From: an uncultured Nitrososphaeraceae archaeon
GTDB taxonomy: Archaea; Thermoproteota; Nitrososphaeria; Nitrososphaerales; Nitrososphaeraceae
Assembly: GCA_963779615.1 (NCBI GenBank)
Contig: CAVZZA010000003.1
Span: 192,001 to 256,000, forward strand
Direction: 5' to 3'
DNA length: 64,000 nt
A program made the translations under genes and the position numbers. The notes under the pieces were generated by a model. That model had not been told where the DNA came from, ran no database searches, and saw only the letters and a list, made by a program, of their open reading frames with translations. Within the stretch, counting starts at the first letter, position 1; every line of letters begins with the position of its first letter. Below are positions 22,658 to 34,496 of this stretch, piece after piece.

Positions 22658-23300
22658 CTAGTCTAAACCTGCTTTTTCTTTACCCGATGCTATTAGCCTA
22701 TAGTGCTTTAACATCCCTATATCTAATCCCAGCATAAATCCTTTACCTGCCAGTAACATGAAATCAAAAAATATTGCGGTAATGGCAATAACCGATAAAG
22801 TGGCATATATCGGTGAAACTATGCCCGCCAATTTGATGTTTAACATATCGGAAATATTAGGGAGAAAGGAAGTAACTATAATTAATACTGCAATTCGACC
22901 TACAGCGGCTACTGCATAATATGTAAAGGCATTCCATCCAAGACCAACAAATATCTCCCCTTCTTTGTTTTTCCAAAACTTTAAAGTTTTATCTGAATAC
23001 CTTATGGAGAAAAATAGAAAAACACTAAAGGTTATCAGGTAGGGAACAACAAAATAATAAGGGATTCCCACAATAGAGAATGAACTTGAGATTAGCACAA
23101 TCGTAAGAATAGATTGTATTAGAGTTCTGGCCAAAATTTTTCTCTTGTTGATAGGTTTTAAATTGCGAATAAATTTAAAAAATATTTTCCATCACCTTAT
23201 TGTCATCATTACTAATATCATTAATATTATTATGGCATATTTCAATCCGGAAGATAAAACAACTGCAAGATTGAAATCTGCTGCTGCGGATTTTATGTCG
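22658..23300 (-). pseudogene. DUF1453/CcdC-like membrane protein with an internal TGA
   Basis: The ORF 22658-23134 continues upstream in frame as LKYAIIILMILVMMTIR*WKIFFK, with the TGA at 23192-23194. Confidence 0.5.
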
Positions 23301-24039
23301 AAACATTTTTCTTTCACTATCCATTGCTTTAAGGTTTACAGTATAGGGTGTTGTCTCTAAATGAGGTTCATTTTTGTTGGTCATTTAGATGAACTATCAT
23401 AAAATAATGAGATTACGTCAAATATGGTTATAGAGAAAACAAACTTGATCCCTATTTTATATTCAAATTTTTCTTGGTCCCAAAGGGTTTTAAGATTTGC
23501 AGTTAATTGGGTTTATTGATTCATAATATCGGTATGACTTGTTTGATTATTAAATGCAGATATTAGCCAAAGATACCTTTTGATAAAAATAATCTGAAAC
23601 TCCCAAAGATGCTCAGTATAGTTTTCGCTATGCATTACAATAGTGGGAAAAAATAATCACATTTCTGCTACGGGTATCCATAAAGTGGTGGTGTAGAATC
23701 AGTAGTCACACCCATTAACATATTAATGAGGTGGTTGCAATTTATAAGGGGTTTATTAGATTTGTTGGTCGGTACAGTTGAAGGGCCGCCCAACAACAAC
23801 TATACAGTAATCTAGTAAACCCCATAACAATACACTAGGTTGATATATGGCAGCAAGACAAAACGTTTTACTTTGTTGTATTGTCATTGTTCTTCCCCAT
23901 ATGTCTTATAATCGCACCATGCCTGTTTGGTATCACAACCCATGGCCGAACATCAGACCATCCCCACTTGCCGTATCTTGAAATTCTATAGCAAATGCTG
24001 TTTATATCCCATTTAGCACTTGCTGCCTATCGGTCCCAA

Positions 24040-24350
24040 CAAAATACAGATATGGGACTTAAATCATCAGGCGCGGGGAAAAAATGCAAAAATAACGTTG
24101 CTGTCGGTGAATACAATAATTGCAACCCATGTTGTTTTGAAAACAATGGTACCAGTACTGGAACAAAATCTGACATCATCCAAGAGAATTGGGATTGCCT
24201 GGCTTGGGTGTAGCAGTGATAACTACAATCAAGCATCTGCAGTAACATCCGGTAAGGGTTTTGGCGGAGTTAGTGACATAAGATTAAACCAACAGATGAC
24301 TCTCCATATGTTTCATCAATCTATGACGAGCGTATGCATAGGAATGTACC
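24040..24350 (+). pseudogene. Degraded C-terminus of a PQQ sugar dehydrogenase paralog
   Basis: NNVAVGEYNN..FENNGTSTG and AVTSGKGFGGVSDIR resemble the family C-terminus (NNIFVGDxNNG, FGxGFGGITDI). Confidence 0.5.
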
Positions 24351-25001
24351 ATCCACCAGATGATTGTGTCCCATTACCCAGTATCAACCTTTTTCTTGCG
24401 GAATTCTTTGTTGCAAATCCCTTGTGCTTTATCTCCTATCCATTGCAACTATTGTTGCTGCACATATTCTTATCATAAATGGGCTCAACCACTTTTGAGC
24501 TTTGACTGAGGGGATTATAGAAGACATGTAATTGGGTTAAATCACAGTATAATTTGGTTTCAGTTTACTTTAGCTTTGGATACAAATCATTTCATTGTGT
24601 GGGCCAAAAGGGTAAAGCTGTTGATTGTCCTCAATTCAGATTCATACTAACGACAAATCGACCATAAGGTGATGATTTTATAATTGTGCAAAAAAGCGCA
24701 TCAATCTAAATCTCCCCAGCCATACAGTCATGTCAATCAGAAACAAAGTATATCCTAGCTAGTCAGATCGTAATAACAACCATAAGAGCACTTTACGAAC
24801 ATCGTGATCTAACCCTTGATCCTTCGGTACATCACAGGCTCAAGATAGTTTTGGAAAAAAATTTATGTTTTCCCAAGACATCGATACTCCGAAGGTAATA
24901 TCAGGTATTTTCAGGGTTCATGACAAAAAACAATTCAATTAGGTTATTTTGCTAGTTATGCAATGGAATTCTTTTAATAGAATTGTCATAATATATCTAA
25001 T

Positions 25002-25652
25002 TTGGATAATAGTAATCTGTATGTTAATGTAATAAAGTTTCAAGAGCAACTTGCAAAAAAAATTATCATGAGGGATGATTTTGACCGAGAAATTGAATTT
25101 GTTTGTGGAGTGGATGTGTCTTACAAAAAGGAAATTGCACATTGCTCAGCGGCAATAGTCAAAAAAAATACTTTGGAAATAGCAGAAGTAGTCAGTGACA
25201 CAAGTAAAATAAAGTACCCATATATTCCGAGATTATTTATGTTAAGAGAATCAAATCCAATACTGCAAACTTTAAAACTGCTTAAGAATCCTTTTCAACT
25301 TTTACTTATTGATGGGCATGGAATACTTCATCCCAGAAGATGTGGCTTAGCATGCCATATTGGTGTAATCACAAATAATCCCACTATTGGAGTTGCAAAA
25401 AGTCTGTTATGCGGAATTGTCCAGTCGGATGGTTTTGTGAAACACAATGATGATGTCCTTGGATATGCCATAAAAAGAGAGGGCAACCAAAAGAAAATGA
25501 TTTATGTGAGTCCCGGTCATAAGATAAGTCTACTTACATCAGTACGACTGGTTAAATCATTAACAAAGATAGGGGAGTTGATTCCGGAACCTATTAGAGT
25601 TGCAGATATCGCATCCAAAGACCATGACAACAAAGAACATATTTTGTTTTAA
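25002..25652 (+). CDS. nfi: Endonuclease V
   Basis: CGVDVSY, PYIPRLFMLRE, IDGHGILHPRRCGLA, IGVAKS, YVSPGH and PEPIR. Confidence 0.93.
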   Translation: MDNSNLYVNVIKFQEQLAKKIIMRDDFDREIEFVCGVDVSYKKEIAHCSAAIVKKNTLEIAEVVSDTSKIKYPYIPRLFMLRESNPILQTLKLLKNPFQLLLIDGHGILHPRRCGLACHIGVITNNPTIGVAKSLLCGIVQSDGFVKHNDDVLGYAIKREGNQKKMIYVSPGHKISLLTSVRLVKSLTKIGELIPEPIRVADIASKDHDNKEHILF

Positions 25653-25654
25653 GT

Positions 25655-26320
25655 AGTTTGTGATGTCCGATACCCTGTTGTATTTTATTAGTCTGTTTCT
25701 AAACATGTCTGCAAGAATCCTGCATTTCTTTATCTTGCAGATAGTACGCTCTATCACTATCCTTCTTTTAGAATGGCTTTTGTTGTGATCTTTTTCCTGA
25801 GACAATTCTGTGTTTCGTTTCTTTTTGTTTGGCATGGATGACTTTTGTTCTGGAAAGTCTCTCCCCCTCCACAGGCATCCAAGCTCAAACATGCTGACAG
25901 ATTGCTCTGGGGTTACAGGGTGACTTTTTGTATGGATGTCATAATCATGCCTTTTTCCTTTCTTGTGTTTTGCTTTATGAATGATGACACCCTAGTTGTT
26001 AACCATGAGCTGTGTCTTTACGACATGCCTTTTCCTCCTGCCCGAATGGTGCATCTTCTTTCTTCTTTTGTTTTCAGGCCTTGGTATCTGCTGTTTTGAG
26101 CAATCTAGGAAGCAAAGAAACCCTGGCAAGTACTTTCCAAATTCTTCTGGTGTGGACAGCCTTTTGGTTGTTTTGTGCATCTTTTGCGGAATTGGTACGC
26201 ACTTTGTTACCAACGACTCAATTTTTTGGAAATCCCTGCAGATGTTGCTCTGGTCCAAGGCAAACAAAAAGCCAGCCAAAGTGTAGGTTATGCAAAGGCG
26301 GCAATATTGAAAACGATAAC
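25655..26320 (-). mobile_element. Degraded IS transposase (HTH_Tnp_4/DDE_Tnp_4 type, IS5-like)
   Basis: ITYTLAGFLFALDQSNICRD, QQIPRP, SGRRKRHVVKTQ and RRIVIERTICKIKK, with stops and frameshifts. Confidence 0.85.
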
Positions 26321-26546
26321 AATAGGAAAAACACTTTTTATTGTTGTTCCATTGGATATCAATACAAAACAAAGAGCTTGTTAAAAGGATCACTTCTTTA
26401 TAGTTGTACTTTACTGGCGAGCCACCTAATTAAAGATAGAATAAAAAAAGAAATCTAACGCACATGCAACAAACTCAGTTTGTTTACGCCATTGTAAAAA
26501 AAGATAAGGTCTTGACTCTGTTTATCCAACTTGCGACTAGTCGCAT

Positions 26547-27011
26547 TTAATTAGTCCCATTATTGATCAGGTTCTGGCTGCTGTCCAGGTTCTGGCTGCT
26601 GTCCAGGTTCTGGCTGCTGTTCGAGTTCATGCCATTTATCAAGTTCTCGCTGATCAGGCTTTCGCTGCTGTCCAAGTTTTCGCTGCTGTTCAGGTTCTGG
26701 CTGCTGTTCGAGTTCATGCCATTTATCAAGTTCTCGCTGAGCGAACTTCCATCCCCATTTGTCGCGTCAAGTGTATTTTCAAAATCACGGCTTAAAGAGC
26801 TAAAAACACTCTCCTCCTGATTTGTTGATCCGTATGACACATTTGAAAGAACAAATGACAAAGGGTTTAAAAATAAATTAAAAGAGATAAAATAGCATAA
26901 GGTCAAAGTTAAAGTAAGCGTTAAAGAGTTGCCACAGGTCATCAAATATAGATAAAGGTTTAAATCTATTAAAGATATGGTAATGAAACTTTCTTTATAG
27001 TTAGTATACAA
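26547..27011 (-). CDS. Small exported Ser/Asn-rich repeat protein
   Basis: Hydrophobic N-terminus, then SSQNLD and SENLINGMNSN repeats. True start uncertain. Confidence 0.55.
   Translation of the reverse strand: MYTNYKESFITISLIDLNLYLYLMTCGNSLTLTLTLTLCYFISFNLFLNPLSFVLSNVSYGSTNQEESVFSSLSRDFENTLDATNGDGSSLSENLINGMNSNSSQNLNSSENLDSSESLISENLINGMNSNSSQNLDSSQNLDSSQNLINNGTN
26568..26740. repeat. 18-bp coding tandem units plus a roughly 50-bp duplication
   Basis: CAGGTTCTGGCTGCTGT(C) x3 and variants; 26604-26653 is repeated at 26691-26740. Confidence 0.9.
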
Positions 27012-27093
27012 CTCCTTTTCTTCATTCCTCAGATTCTAAATTTGGATAAAACGCATACAAAAAATTATAATTGATGAATAATGGTATCAACGT

Positions 27094-28737
27094 ATGGTGG
27101 GCCAAATTGTTATATTTTCATTCTTTTGCTTATTGCTTCTGCATTTACAGTTTTATTTTAATACACACAAAGACAGTTACTCTGCGCCTTTGCTTAAAAG
27201 TGAAGAAAAAAAAATGCACGGTAAATTTGTTTTTGGCCAAGATGCCGAAAAAAACTTTGTTTCAGGGTACAATACCGGGAGTTACCCTATTGGTATCACT
27301 ATCAACCCATTTACTAATAAAATTTATGTGGCCAATCAATTTTCTAATACAATATCAGTATTTGATGCAAAAACAGATAAACTGAAGCAAACTATCGAAA
27401 CAGGCATTTTTCCTTATAGTATTGATACAAATCTCTTCAATAATCGAATTTATGTGACAAATAGAGGTTCAGACAATGTATCTGTTATAGATGGATCAAC
27501 AGATACAATAATCGACAAGATTAACGTTGGCAAATCCCCAGTTCAAGTTGCTGTCGACCCATCAAATAATTGGATCTATGTAGCCAATATCGATTCGAAT
27601 TCTATTTCAGTAATAGATGGAATTACCAATAAAGTAATTAAAACCATAAACGGCATAAATACGCCTTACGGGATAGGGGTAAATCCGGTTTCTAAAAAAG
27701 TATATGTCACTTCATTGTCTAATTCATCAGTCACTGTAATAGACAATACTAATTACAAAACCATAAAAAATATAAAAGTGGAAAGGGCACCTGTAGGGGT
27801 AGACGTAGATATAGACAAAAACATCATATTCGTTTCAAATTATTTATCAAATTCACTGTCCATAATAAACGGAACAAACGACTCCATAATCAAAACCATC
27901 CCAGTTGGGGATTTACCTGTAGGCGTAAAAATAAACCCGGTTTCTAAAAAAGTATATGTCAGCAACATAGGATCAAATACTGTAAGTGTCATAAATGAAA
28001 CAAACTATGAAAAAAACAAAGACGTAACTGTCAACCCCTCATTGATAATAGAAAGAAAAGAATATCCATTCCAAATTCCGGAATCTGTTAAATTTCCCCT
28101 AATTGCAAGTTTTATTGGGATAAACACTCTAACTAATTTAATTTACGTGACAAATACTGCTTCAAACACCATTTCTTCCATAGAAGGAAAAGACGATGAA
28201 AATACAGTTAGAGTAAACATGGATATTCAACCCAGCAATGCAGGTTTTATAGAATGCAACGGTATTAGAAACACCAATCAAAATACGATAACAATTCCAA
28301 TAAACAAGACTACCCACTGCAATGCCATTCCGGAAAGAGGCTACACGTTTAATTCCTGGTCCGGATTATCTTTCAGTGAAGAGAATCCAATAAAACTCAA
28401 TTTTAATGAGTATGGAAACATGATAACTAATTTCCGCCCTACTTTATCCTATGAGCAATATATTTTTATAATAGGAGGTATAATTGGAATTTTTTCTTTC
28501 TTGTTTAGTTGGATTTACAAAGGAAGACAAAGAAGAAAATTTAATAAATTTATCCAGATTATTAATCAAACTATTGAAAATGCAAACTTTGGCGATAAGG
28601 ATGAAACGACCAACAAATTAGAAAGTTTAAGAAACAACATCTTTAATTCCTATAGGAAAGGATCAATAACGGATTTTGAATTTGATTTTTTAGATAAAAA
28701 ACTTGTAAATTATATTGAAAAAATAAAAAAAATATAG
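27094..28737 (+). CDS. YVTN/YncE beta-propeller surface protein with an InlB-B-like domain and C-terminal TM
   Basis: Repeated IYVAN/IYVTN..VSVID blades, AIPERGYTFNSWSG, TM IFIIGGIIGIFSFLFSWIY and a cytoplasmic tail. Confidence 0.88.
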   Translation: MVGQIVIFSFFCLLLLHLQFYFNTHKDSYSAPLLKSEEKKMHGKFVFGQDAEKNFVSGYNTGSYPIGITINPFTNKIYVANQFSNTISVFDAKTDKLKQTIETGIFPYSIDTNLFNNRIYVTNRGSDNVSVIDGSTDTIIDKINVGKSPVQVAVDPSNNWIYVANIDSNSISVIDGITNKVIKTINGINTPYGIGVNPVSKKVYVTSLSNSSVTVIDNTNYKTIKNIKVERAPVGVDVDIDKNIIFVSNYLSNSLSIINGTNDSIIKTIPVGDLPVGVKINPVSKKVYVSNIGSNTVSVINETNYEKNKDVTVNPSLIIERKEYPFQIPESVKFPLIASFIGINTLTNLIYVTNTASNTISSIEGKDDENTVRVNMDIQPSNAGFIECNGIRNTNQNTITIPINKTTHCNAIPERGYTFNSWSGLSFSEENPIKLNFNEYGNMITNFRPTLSYEQYIFIIGGIIGIFSFLFSWIYKGRQRRKFNKFIQIINQTIENANFGDKDETTNKLESLRNNIFNSYRKGSITDFEFDFLDKKLVNYIEKIKKI

Positions 28738-28950
28738 AGTTCACAGAACAACCCGAAAACAAATTCTTCCTTATAATCCGTGTCAGAGAAAAACGTGTGC
28801 TATGACACAGATAAGGTGTGGGCAGGACTTTCAAAATAAAATTTGATGCTTCTTGATTATTGGGGAGGTCGCGGACATAAAAAAAAGTCTACCAGGTCAA
28901 TCCATTATGAAAGTCTTTAGCATTTGAATTATCAATAGTACCACACAAAA

Positions 28951-29300
28951 TTGATTGACAATAAGTCAACAAAAAAGAAAATATACCAAAAATTTTGTTG
29001 CTGTAGATGGCTCGCACCTTCAATGGACGCTGCAGGGGATACAATTCAAATCGCCAGGAAAAACAAATCACTGTTAACTGTTTTATACGTTACTGACTTG
29101 CAAAACATTCTTAATTGGCATCTACTATTTTGGCCTCAAACATTCGGGATGGAGAAGTATATATCGAGGAAGAAAAAAGAAGCAGAATAGTTGATAACAA
29201 AACTACAAAAGAAAAAAATAAGCAAAACAACGAAGATACGGATACTTAAAATCCCAAAACAGGGATTGTTGAAGGTACAGTCTTTTTTGCATTAACTTCT
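28951..29300 (+). pseudogene. Universal stress protein relic
   Basis: YQKILL/VDGS, then MDAAGDTIQIARKNKSLLTVLYV; frameshifted. Confidence 0.6.
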
Positions 29301-29369
29301 TACTAGTGGCATATATCCCCAAGTAATATATTACATATAAATAGTAGCCTGCCTATCCATAGGCTACAT

Positions 29370-29660
29370 TTGTCACAATACATCTTACTCGTAAATTGGA
29401 CCGAACAAGGGATTAGCAAGATCAAAGAATCTACAGACCGTTACAGTTCCTTTAAAGCATCGGTCGAAAACGCAGGTGGAAAACTGATTGGAGGATACTA
29501 CACTTTCGGAGAATATGACGTGGTGTTGATTATAGAAGCTCCAAATGATGAAGCAGTAATGTCTCTGATGCTCAAAGTTGGGTCTTATGGAAATGTGAGA
29601 ACCAAAACCTTGAAGGCATTTACACCTGAGGAGGGAGCGAAAATCATAAAGGATCTGTAA
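29370..29660 (+). CDS. GYD domain protein
   Basis: YILLVNWTEQG, YYTFGEYDVV and GNVRTKTLKAF. Confidence 0.9.
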   Translation: MSQYILLVNWTEQGISKIKESTDRYSSFKASVENAGGKLIGGYYTFGEYDVVLIIEAPNDEAVMSLMLKVGSYGNVRTKTLKAFTPEEGAKIIKDL

Positions 29661-30393
29661 CCTTTTTAGCAACAAACAGATGAAAGAGCATCATAATTAT
29701 GATTTATTTTGAATGATTGGATTCGTATTTAAAGACCACTTTAATAAATATACACATTTCCGTTCTTTTAATATTCCATATTTTTGCCATATTTTAAAAC
29801 CTCGTCAATTAGACGATGCTCTTTTTTTCTGCCGAAAATCAAAGCCATAAAGAGTGACCAGTTGAGAAAGGTTCATTTTTGGTGTTGGCTTTCAAAGATC
29901 CGAGGAAAATAAATACATTTTATTAATTAAGAACGTGTGTATTAAACCCAAAAACAAGTAATGATAATATCCAGTTGTTACCATATTATCATTTATTGCA
30001 TTAGTAAAACATTATTCTGAAAATAAACAGATAAAAGAAAATGTGGTGTGGTTTTACCCTAAAAGATATTTCAATACGGTCAGACCGGTTTTTTCTTGGC
30101 GATTCATTTTTGCCCAACCAGATTTGTATCCACCTATCCATAGTTTTGAATGAGATTCATCATTAACCCTGTATGGACCTTATCCTGACAGTCTTTTTCT
30201 CCCAGTGTCATTTCATCGCAATAATCTGCGCCGTGCTATTAGCAGCAGTTCCACAAATTCCTACTTATTCTCCATGCAAGAGAAGAGATTACAAAATCAC
30301 GTTATTTACAATTTAGATCCAATTCTTCTCATCATCTAACAACATCACAAGGCATTACTTGAGAAGTTAAAGAATCCCCAATTCTACATTATG

Positions 30394-31659
30394 CTAATCC
30401 TTTGACGCTGCAATATCCTTTAAAACATGATCTGTTTTCTCTTCACCCTCTTTTATTAAATATTTGATCGTTTCAGGTGCAAAGTCTGCATTCTCATACA
30501 TAGCAGGAAAGGGCTCATCACGGCTTATGTAATAAATTCCTTTAATCTCAGCTCCATGCTCTTGTTTATATTTTCTATATTTACGACGGATTCCCCTAAG
30601 CTTCTTTTCATCAATATCTATCTTGTCAATGTTATTTTCTATTATTTTATACAGTTCTTCAATGTAACTCAGGTACCTAGTTATTACTTTTGACATTGTT
30701 ACATTGTACTCGGTCTTGTCAGAAAACATGATATCTCTTGCTCTGTGATGAACTTCAGGCAAATTCTCTGGGAGACTATCAATGTTTTTTGGATAGTTTT
30801 CTACCAGGAATATTTTTTTGTCGTTTATAGGCGATGCATCTATGACTTCTCTCAATGGAGTATTGCTTAATAATCCCCCATCCCAAGCAAATACTCCTTT
30901 TTCTACCTCTATCCAACGAAAATTGTACATTGGGTAAGCAGAAGTTGCGAGTATGTGTTTTGGAGTTATCTGTTGCTTGAAACTATCAAATACCAAAGGC
31001 TGTGCATTCAGGACATTTACCGCAGTTAAAATCAAACGTGTGTCAGGGTTTGCACCAGGCTTTAACCTATCATAGTCAATATATTTTTCGAGGGTTTTTG
31101 CTAAGGGTGAATGGTCATACATATATGTCCATGTTTGGGGTGAAAAGTATTCTGGGTCCATTGTATCAGATTTTTGTGTCCATCTTGGAAGAAACATCCT
31201 ATCGTTACCAAAGATAGCAGAGCTGTAAAAGGATCGTATTTGCTTTAGTTTCACCTCATGCTCCTTTCTATTGGTAAAATATTTTTCTGTCCCAGACAGT
31301 GGGGGAAACCACCATTGAAAGTTAGGTGATATCGAGTGTTCTATTTGTTGTGATAAGGTATGATAAGGTGCAAATTTGTCTAAATCTATATAACTTTCGG
31401 ATAATTCTAGCCAGAATTGCTCTAATAGTTGCGCTGCATGCCCTTTAACTTTGCTCCCTGCCATGATTGCGGCATTTATGCCACCAATGGATGTTCCTGC
31501 AATTATATCAATCTTGATGTTATTTTTTGCGAGTGCCTTGAAGACTCCACATCCAAAGGCTCCTAAGGAGCCACCACCTTGAAGTATTAATACATTTTCC
31601 ACTGCATCATTCTTTTTTGTTAAGGAGGGTGACTTTGAAGGTGAGGGGGAAGAGGGCAT
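30394..31659 (-). CDS. Patatin-like phospholipase
   Basis: GGGSLG, GTSIG and WDGG motifs. Confidence 0.9.
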   Translation of the reverse strand: MPSSPSPSKSPSLTKKNDAVENVLILQGGGSLGAFGCGVFKALAKNNIKIDIIAGTSIGGINAAIMAGSKVKGHAAQLLEQFWLELSESYIDLDKFAPYHTLSQQIEHSISPNFQWWFPPLSGTEKYFTNRKEHEVKLKQIRSFYSSAIFGNDRMFLPRWTQKSDTMDPEYFSPQTWTYMYDHSPLAKTLEKYIDYDRLKPGANPDTRLILTAVNVLNAQPLVFDSFKQQITPKHILATSAYPMYNFRWIEVEKGVFAWDGGLLSNTPLREVIDASPINDKKIFLVENYPKNIDSLPENLPEVHHRARDIMFSDKTEYNVTMSKVITRYLSYIEELYKIIENNIDKIDIDEKKLRGIRRKYRKYKQEHGAEIKGIYYISRDEPFPAMYENADFAPETIKYLIKEGEEKTDHVLKDIAASKD

Positions 31660-32342
31660 TGTATTCCTACTCTGTCTTATTAATATTAAAGTTGTTCATG
31701 GTCAGGGGCCGAGGTTCAACAAAGGCATTATAAAAGATACAAATGAGCAAAAAAACATGCCCAAATTATTAAAAAAGCATAGTTTGGGAGAAATTTAATA
31801 TTGATGATCTCAAACAAGCATTAAAAGAATCCGCCAGGAGGCAAATACTCTTTTTGTAACCAAATTTGTTGTTCCAATATCAGCATAAATCCGCAACTGT
31901 TCTTATCAATTGTAGATAAAACACACCTCAAGTGTTAAAGATAGCAGATCCCCCACCATAACGGTCTTTTATATTAAACATCTGATCATTTCCAAAATTT
32001 ACCGCATGTGCTTTTGTCCCCATCTATGTGATAATAATGATAAAGTCTGGCAGGTCCAGAAATCGTATACTAATGTTTTAGGTATTGCAGTGATTGAGTC
32101 GTTTCCCCTCAAAAAAGTCATTGCTAAACAAACAGCATACAGAATCTGTAACCCTCCAGCGTATTGCGCACAAACAGATAATCAAGTCCAAACGGTATTG
32201 AAACCATATTTGATGGGACTTTACAATAGAAAATGTTAGGCCAGGGTTAAATTTTCTACAATCAGTACCCTGAAGTATTGCCATCTGTTTATTTTTTTTC
32301 TCTTTGTATACCAATGTAATAAGGATGAAAATATTTACGAAT

Positions 32343-33662
32343 TCAACCTTTGGCTGGAAGATGGATGGCTTCTCCATCAATAGCTCTTGCAGCTTCCGCA
32401 AATGCCTCTGGAAGGGTAGGATGAGCATGTATTGTATCGAAAACGTCTTTAGGACTTAGTTTCATTCTGATTGCTAGTGCTGCCTCACCTATAATTTCTC
32501 CAGCGTGTGGCGCAATAATATAGGCTCCGACAAGCCTTCCTTCCTTCTCAAATACCTTAACTGATCCCCTTGTGTCCCCCAAACAATTTGCCTTTGCGCT
32601 TGCAGCAAGTGGAAATTCTCCAGATCTTCCATGCAAATCCCCTACGAATGCAACCTCTGGATAGGTGAATACACATACAGGTAAAGATCGATAGTCAATT
32701 CTGTTGTCTTTTATTCCCATTATGCTTTCAGCCACGACCTCGCCCTGCTTTGATGCAACATGTGCAAGCTCATACATACCAGTTATATCACCAATTGCAT
32801 ATACATTGGCAACGTTAGTTCGCATTTTTTCATCCACACCAACACCTTGTTGATCGAATGCTACACCAATATCATTTAGTTCATTAGCATTGGTATTGGG
32901 CTTTCTCCCTATGCAAACTAGTATTTTTTCTGCAACAAGCTCTTTTCCATTAACAAAAGCAACGTTGTCAATAATTTTTTCGACTCTGGATTTTGTCAGT
33001 ACATTGACACCATCTAGCCTCATGTACTTCTCAATTGAACTTCCGACTTCCTGTATTTGAAAAGGCATTAGATGATCTTCAGCCTCGATCAAAGATACCT
33101 TGCATCCCATAGCATTCAAAATAGAGGCAAATTCACATCCACTGTACCCGCCTCCAACAATGGTAATCGACGTGGGTAAGTCATCTAGTTCCAGAATTGA
33201 ACTGGTCGACAGTATGTTTTTTCCAAATTCGTAACCTTGCAAACAAACAGGGTGGCTGCCGGTAGCAATAACAATATTTTTTGTCTCCAGCGTGGTGTCA
33301 TTGACTTCCACTTTATTTTCTGAAACCATGTGTGCTTCACCCTTCAGCAGATTGACACCATTGCTTTTTAGGAGAAGATTTATCCCAGAAGCGAGTCTGG
33401 AAACTGTGGCATCCATCCTTGACTTTAAAAGCCTATAATTCAATTCAGTTTGGATATTTAACCCGTTCTTCTTTGCGCCTTTTGCTCTTCTTATTGTATC
33501 TCCCAAGGAATGAAGGTACTTGGTGGGAATGCATCCCCTTTGGGTGCAGGTTCCACCCAGTCCGTTCTTCTCAATTAGGCAAACGTTACCACCAAGTTGC
33601 GCTGCTCTAATAGCGCAAGCATAACCACCAGGGCCTCCCCCTATTACTATTGCATCATACAT
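32343..33662 (-). CDS. lpdA: Dihydrolipoamide dehydrogenase (GCS L protein)
   Basis: GGGPGG, GGTCTQRGCIPTK, GGGYSGCE and HAHPTLPE; lies in the gcv cluster. Confidence 0.92.
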   Translation of the reverse strand: MYDAIVIGGGPGGYACAIRAAQLGGNVCLIEKNGLGGTCTQRGCIPTKYLHSLGDTIRRAKGAKKNGLNIQTELNYRLLKSRMDATVSRLASGINLLLKSNGVNLLKGEAHMVSENKVEVNDTTLETKNIVIATGSHPVCLQGYEFGKNILSTSSILELDDLPTSITIVGGGYSGCEFASILNAMGCKVSLIEAEDHLMPFQIQEVGSSIEKYMRLDGVNVLTKSRVEKIIDNVAFVNGKELVAEKILVCIGRKPNTNANELNDIGVAFDQQGVGVDEKMRTNVANVYAIGDITGMYELAHVASKQGEVVAESIMGIKDNRIDYRSLPVCVFTYPEVAFVGDLHGRSGEFPLAASAKANCLGDTRGSVKVFEKEGRLVGAYIIAPHAGEIIGEAALAIRMKLSPKDVFDTIHAHPTLPEAFAEAARAIDGEAIHLPAKG

Positions 33663-33714
33663 AATGCCTACCCTCCATAACTACCAAACGCTTGGCAATA
33701 AGCCTTTGAGCTAG

Positions 33715-34458
33715 TTATAATTTCTTTTTCCAATTCCACGGATCTGAGGCATATTTCTCACTGGCCAACTTTTTGGCTTTTTCCGCCTCTTCAATGGTTG
33801 GATCGTCTGCAACAATCTCAGAGCCAAATTTTTCACCGAAAGACTCCTTTAGAGCCCAGGATACCTCTTCAAACGTCTTGTCCAATCCCATCACCCTTGA
33901 TTTTGCATCGCTGATCATCTTGTCCCTGATTTTCTCAGATGGAACCTTTAGCACGGAAAACATCTTCTCAACATTAACACCTAATAATATAGTTCCATGC
34001 TGAAGTAGTGTGTTTTTCTTCCTAGTTTGGGCATTTCCAGACACTTTCTTGTTGTCGACTACTATGTCATTCAGTGGGGCAAATTTTGCGTTAAAGCCAA
34101 GCTTATTTATGCACATTACCACTGGATCGCATATCAAATTGTAAGATTCCATGATGTTTTTTGGATAAATATTTGTGATGAACGAATAAGTCAGTTCAGA
34201 ATCATGCAATACCGCTCCACCTCCTGTTATTCTCCTGACAACATCAATACCCATTTGCGCACACTTTTTTAGATCCACTTCCTCATCAATGCTCTGGAAG
34301 TACCCTATAGAGACAGTTGGTGGTTGCCAGCCATAAAGCCTTAAAATGGGCATATCATTGTTTGCGCCGTGCATTAACACCTCATCAAGAGCCATATTCC
34401 ATGGCCCCGGGTTGTGCCCAGTCTCCAAAATTCTGATTTTGCCAAACTTGAGACTCAT
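33715..34458 (-). CDS. lplA: Lipoate-protein ligase catalytic subunit
   Basis: NMALDE, VSIGYFQ, RRITGGGAVLHD, NDIV..KKVSGNAQ and LQHGT. Confidence 0.9.
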   Translation of the reverse strand: MSLKFGKIRILETGHNPGPWNMALDEVLMHGANNDMPILRLYGWQPPTVSIGYFQSIDEEVDLKKCAQMGIDVVRRITGGGAVLHDSELTYSFITNIYPKNIMESYNLICDPVVMCINKLGFNAKFAPLNDIVVDNKKVSGNAQTRKKNTLLQHGTILLGVNVEKMFSVLKVPSEKIRDKMISDAKSRVMGLDKTFEEVSWALKESFGEKFGSEIVADDPTIEEAEKAKKLASEKYASDPWNWKKKL

Positions 34459-34496
34459 TGCTCCTTCATCCTCCTTTTGTTTTTTCCTGTTAGTAA

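Noticed and set aside
26568-26740. Repeat cluster as a CRISPR array
   Set aside because: The units are adjacent multiples of 3 bp inside an ORF, with no unique spacers and no cas genes.
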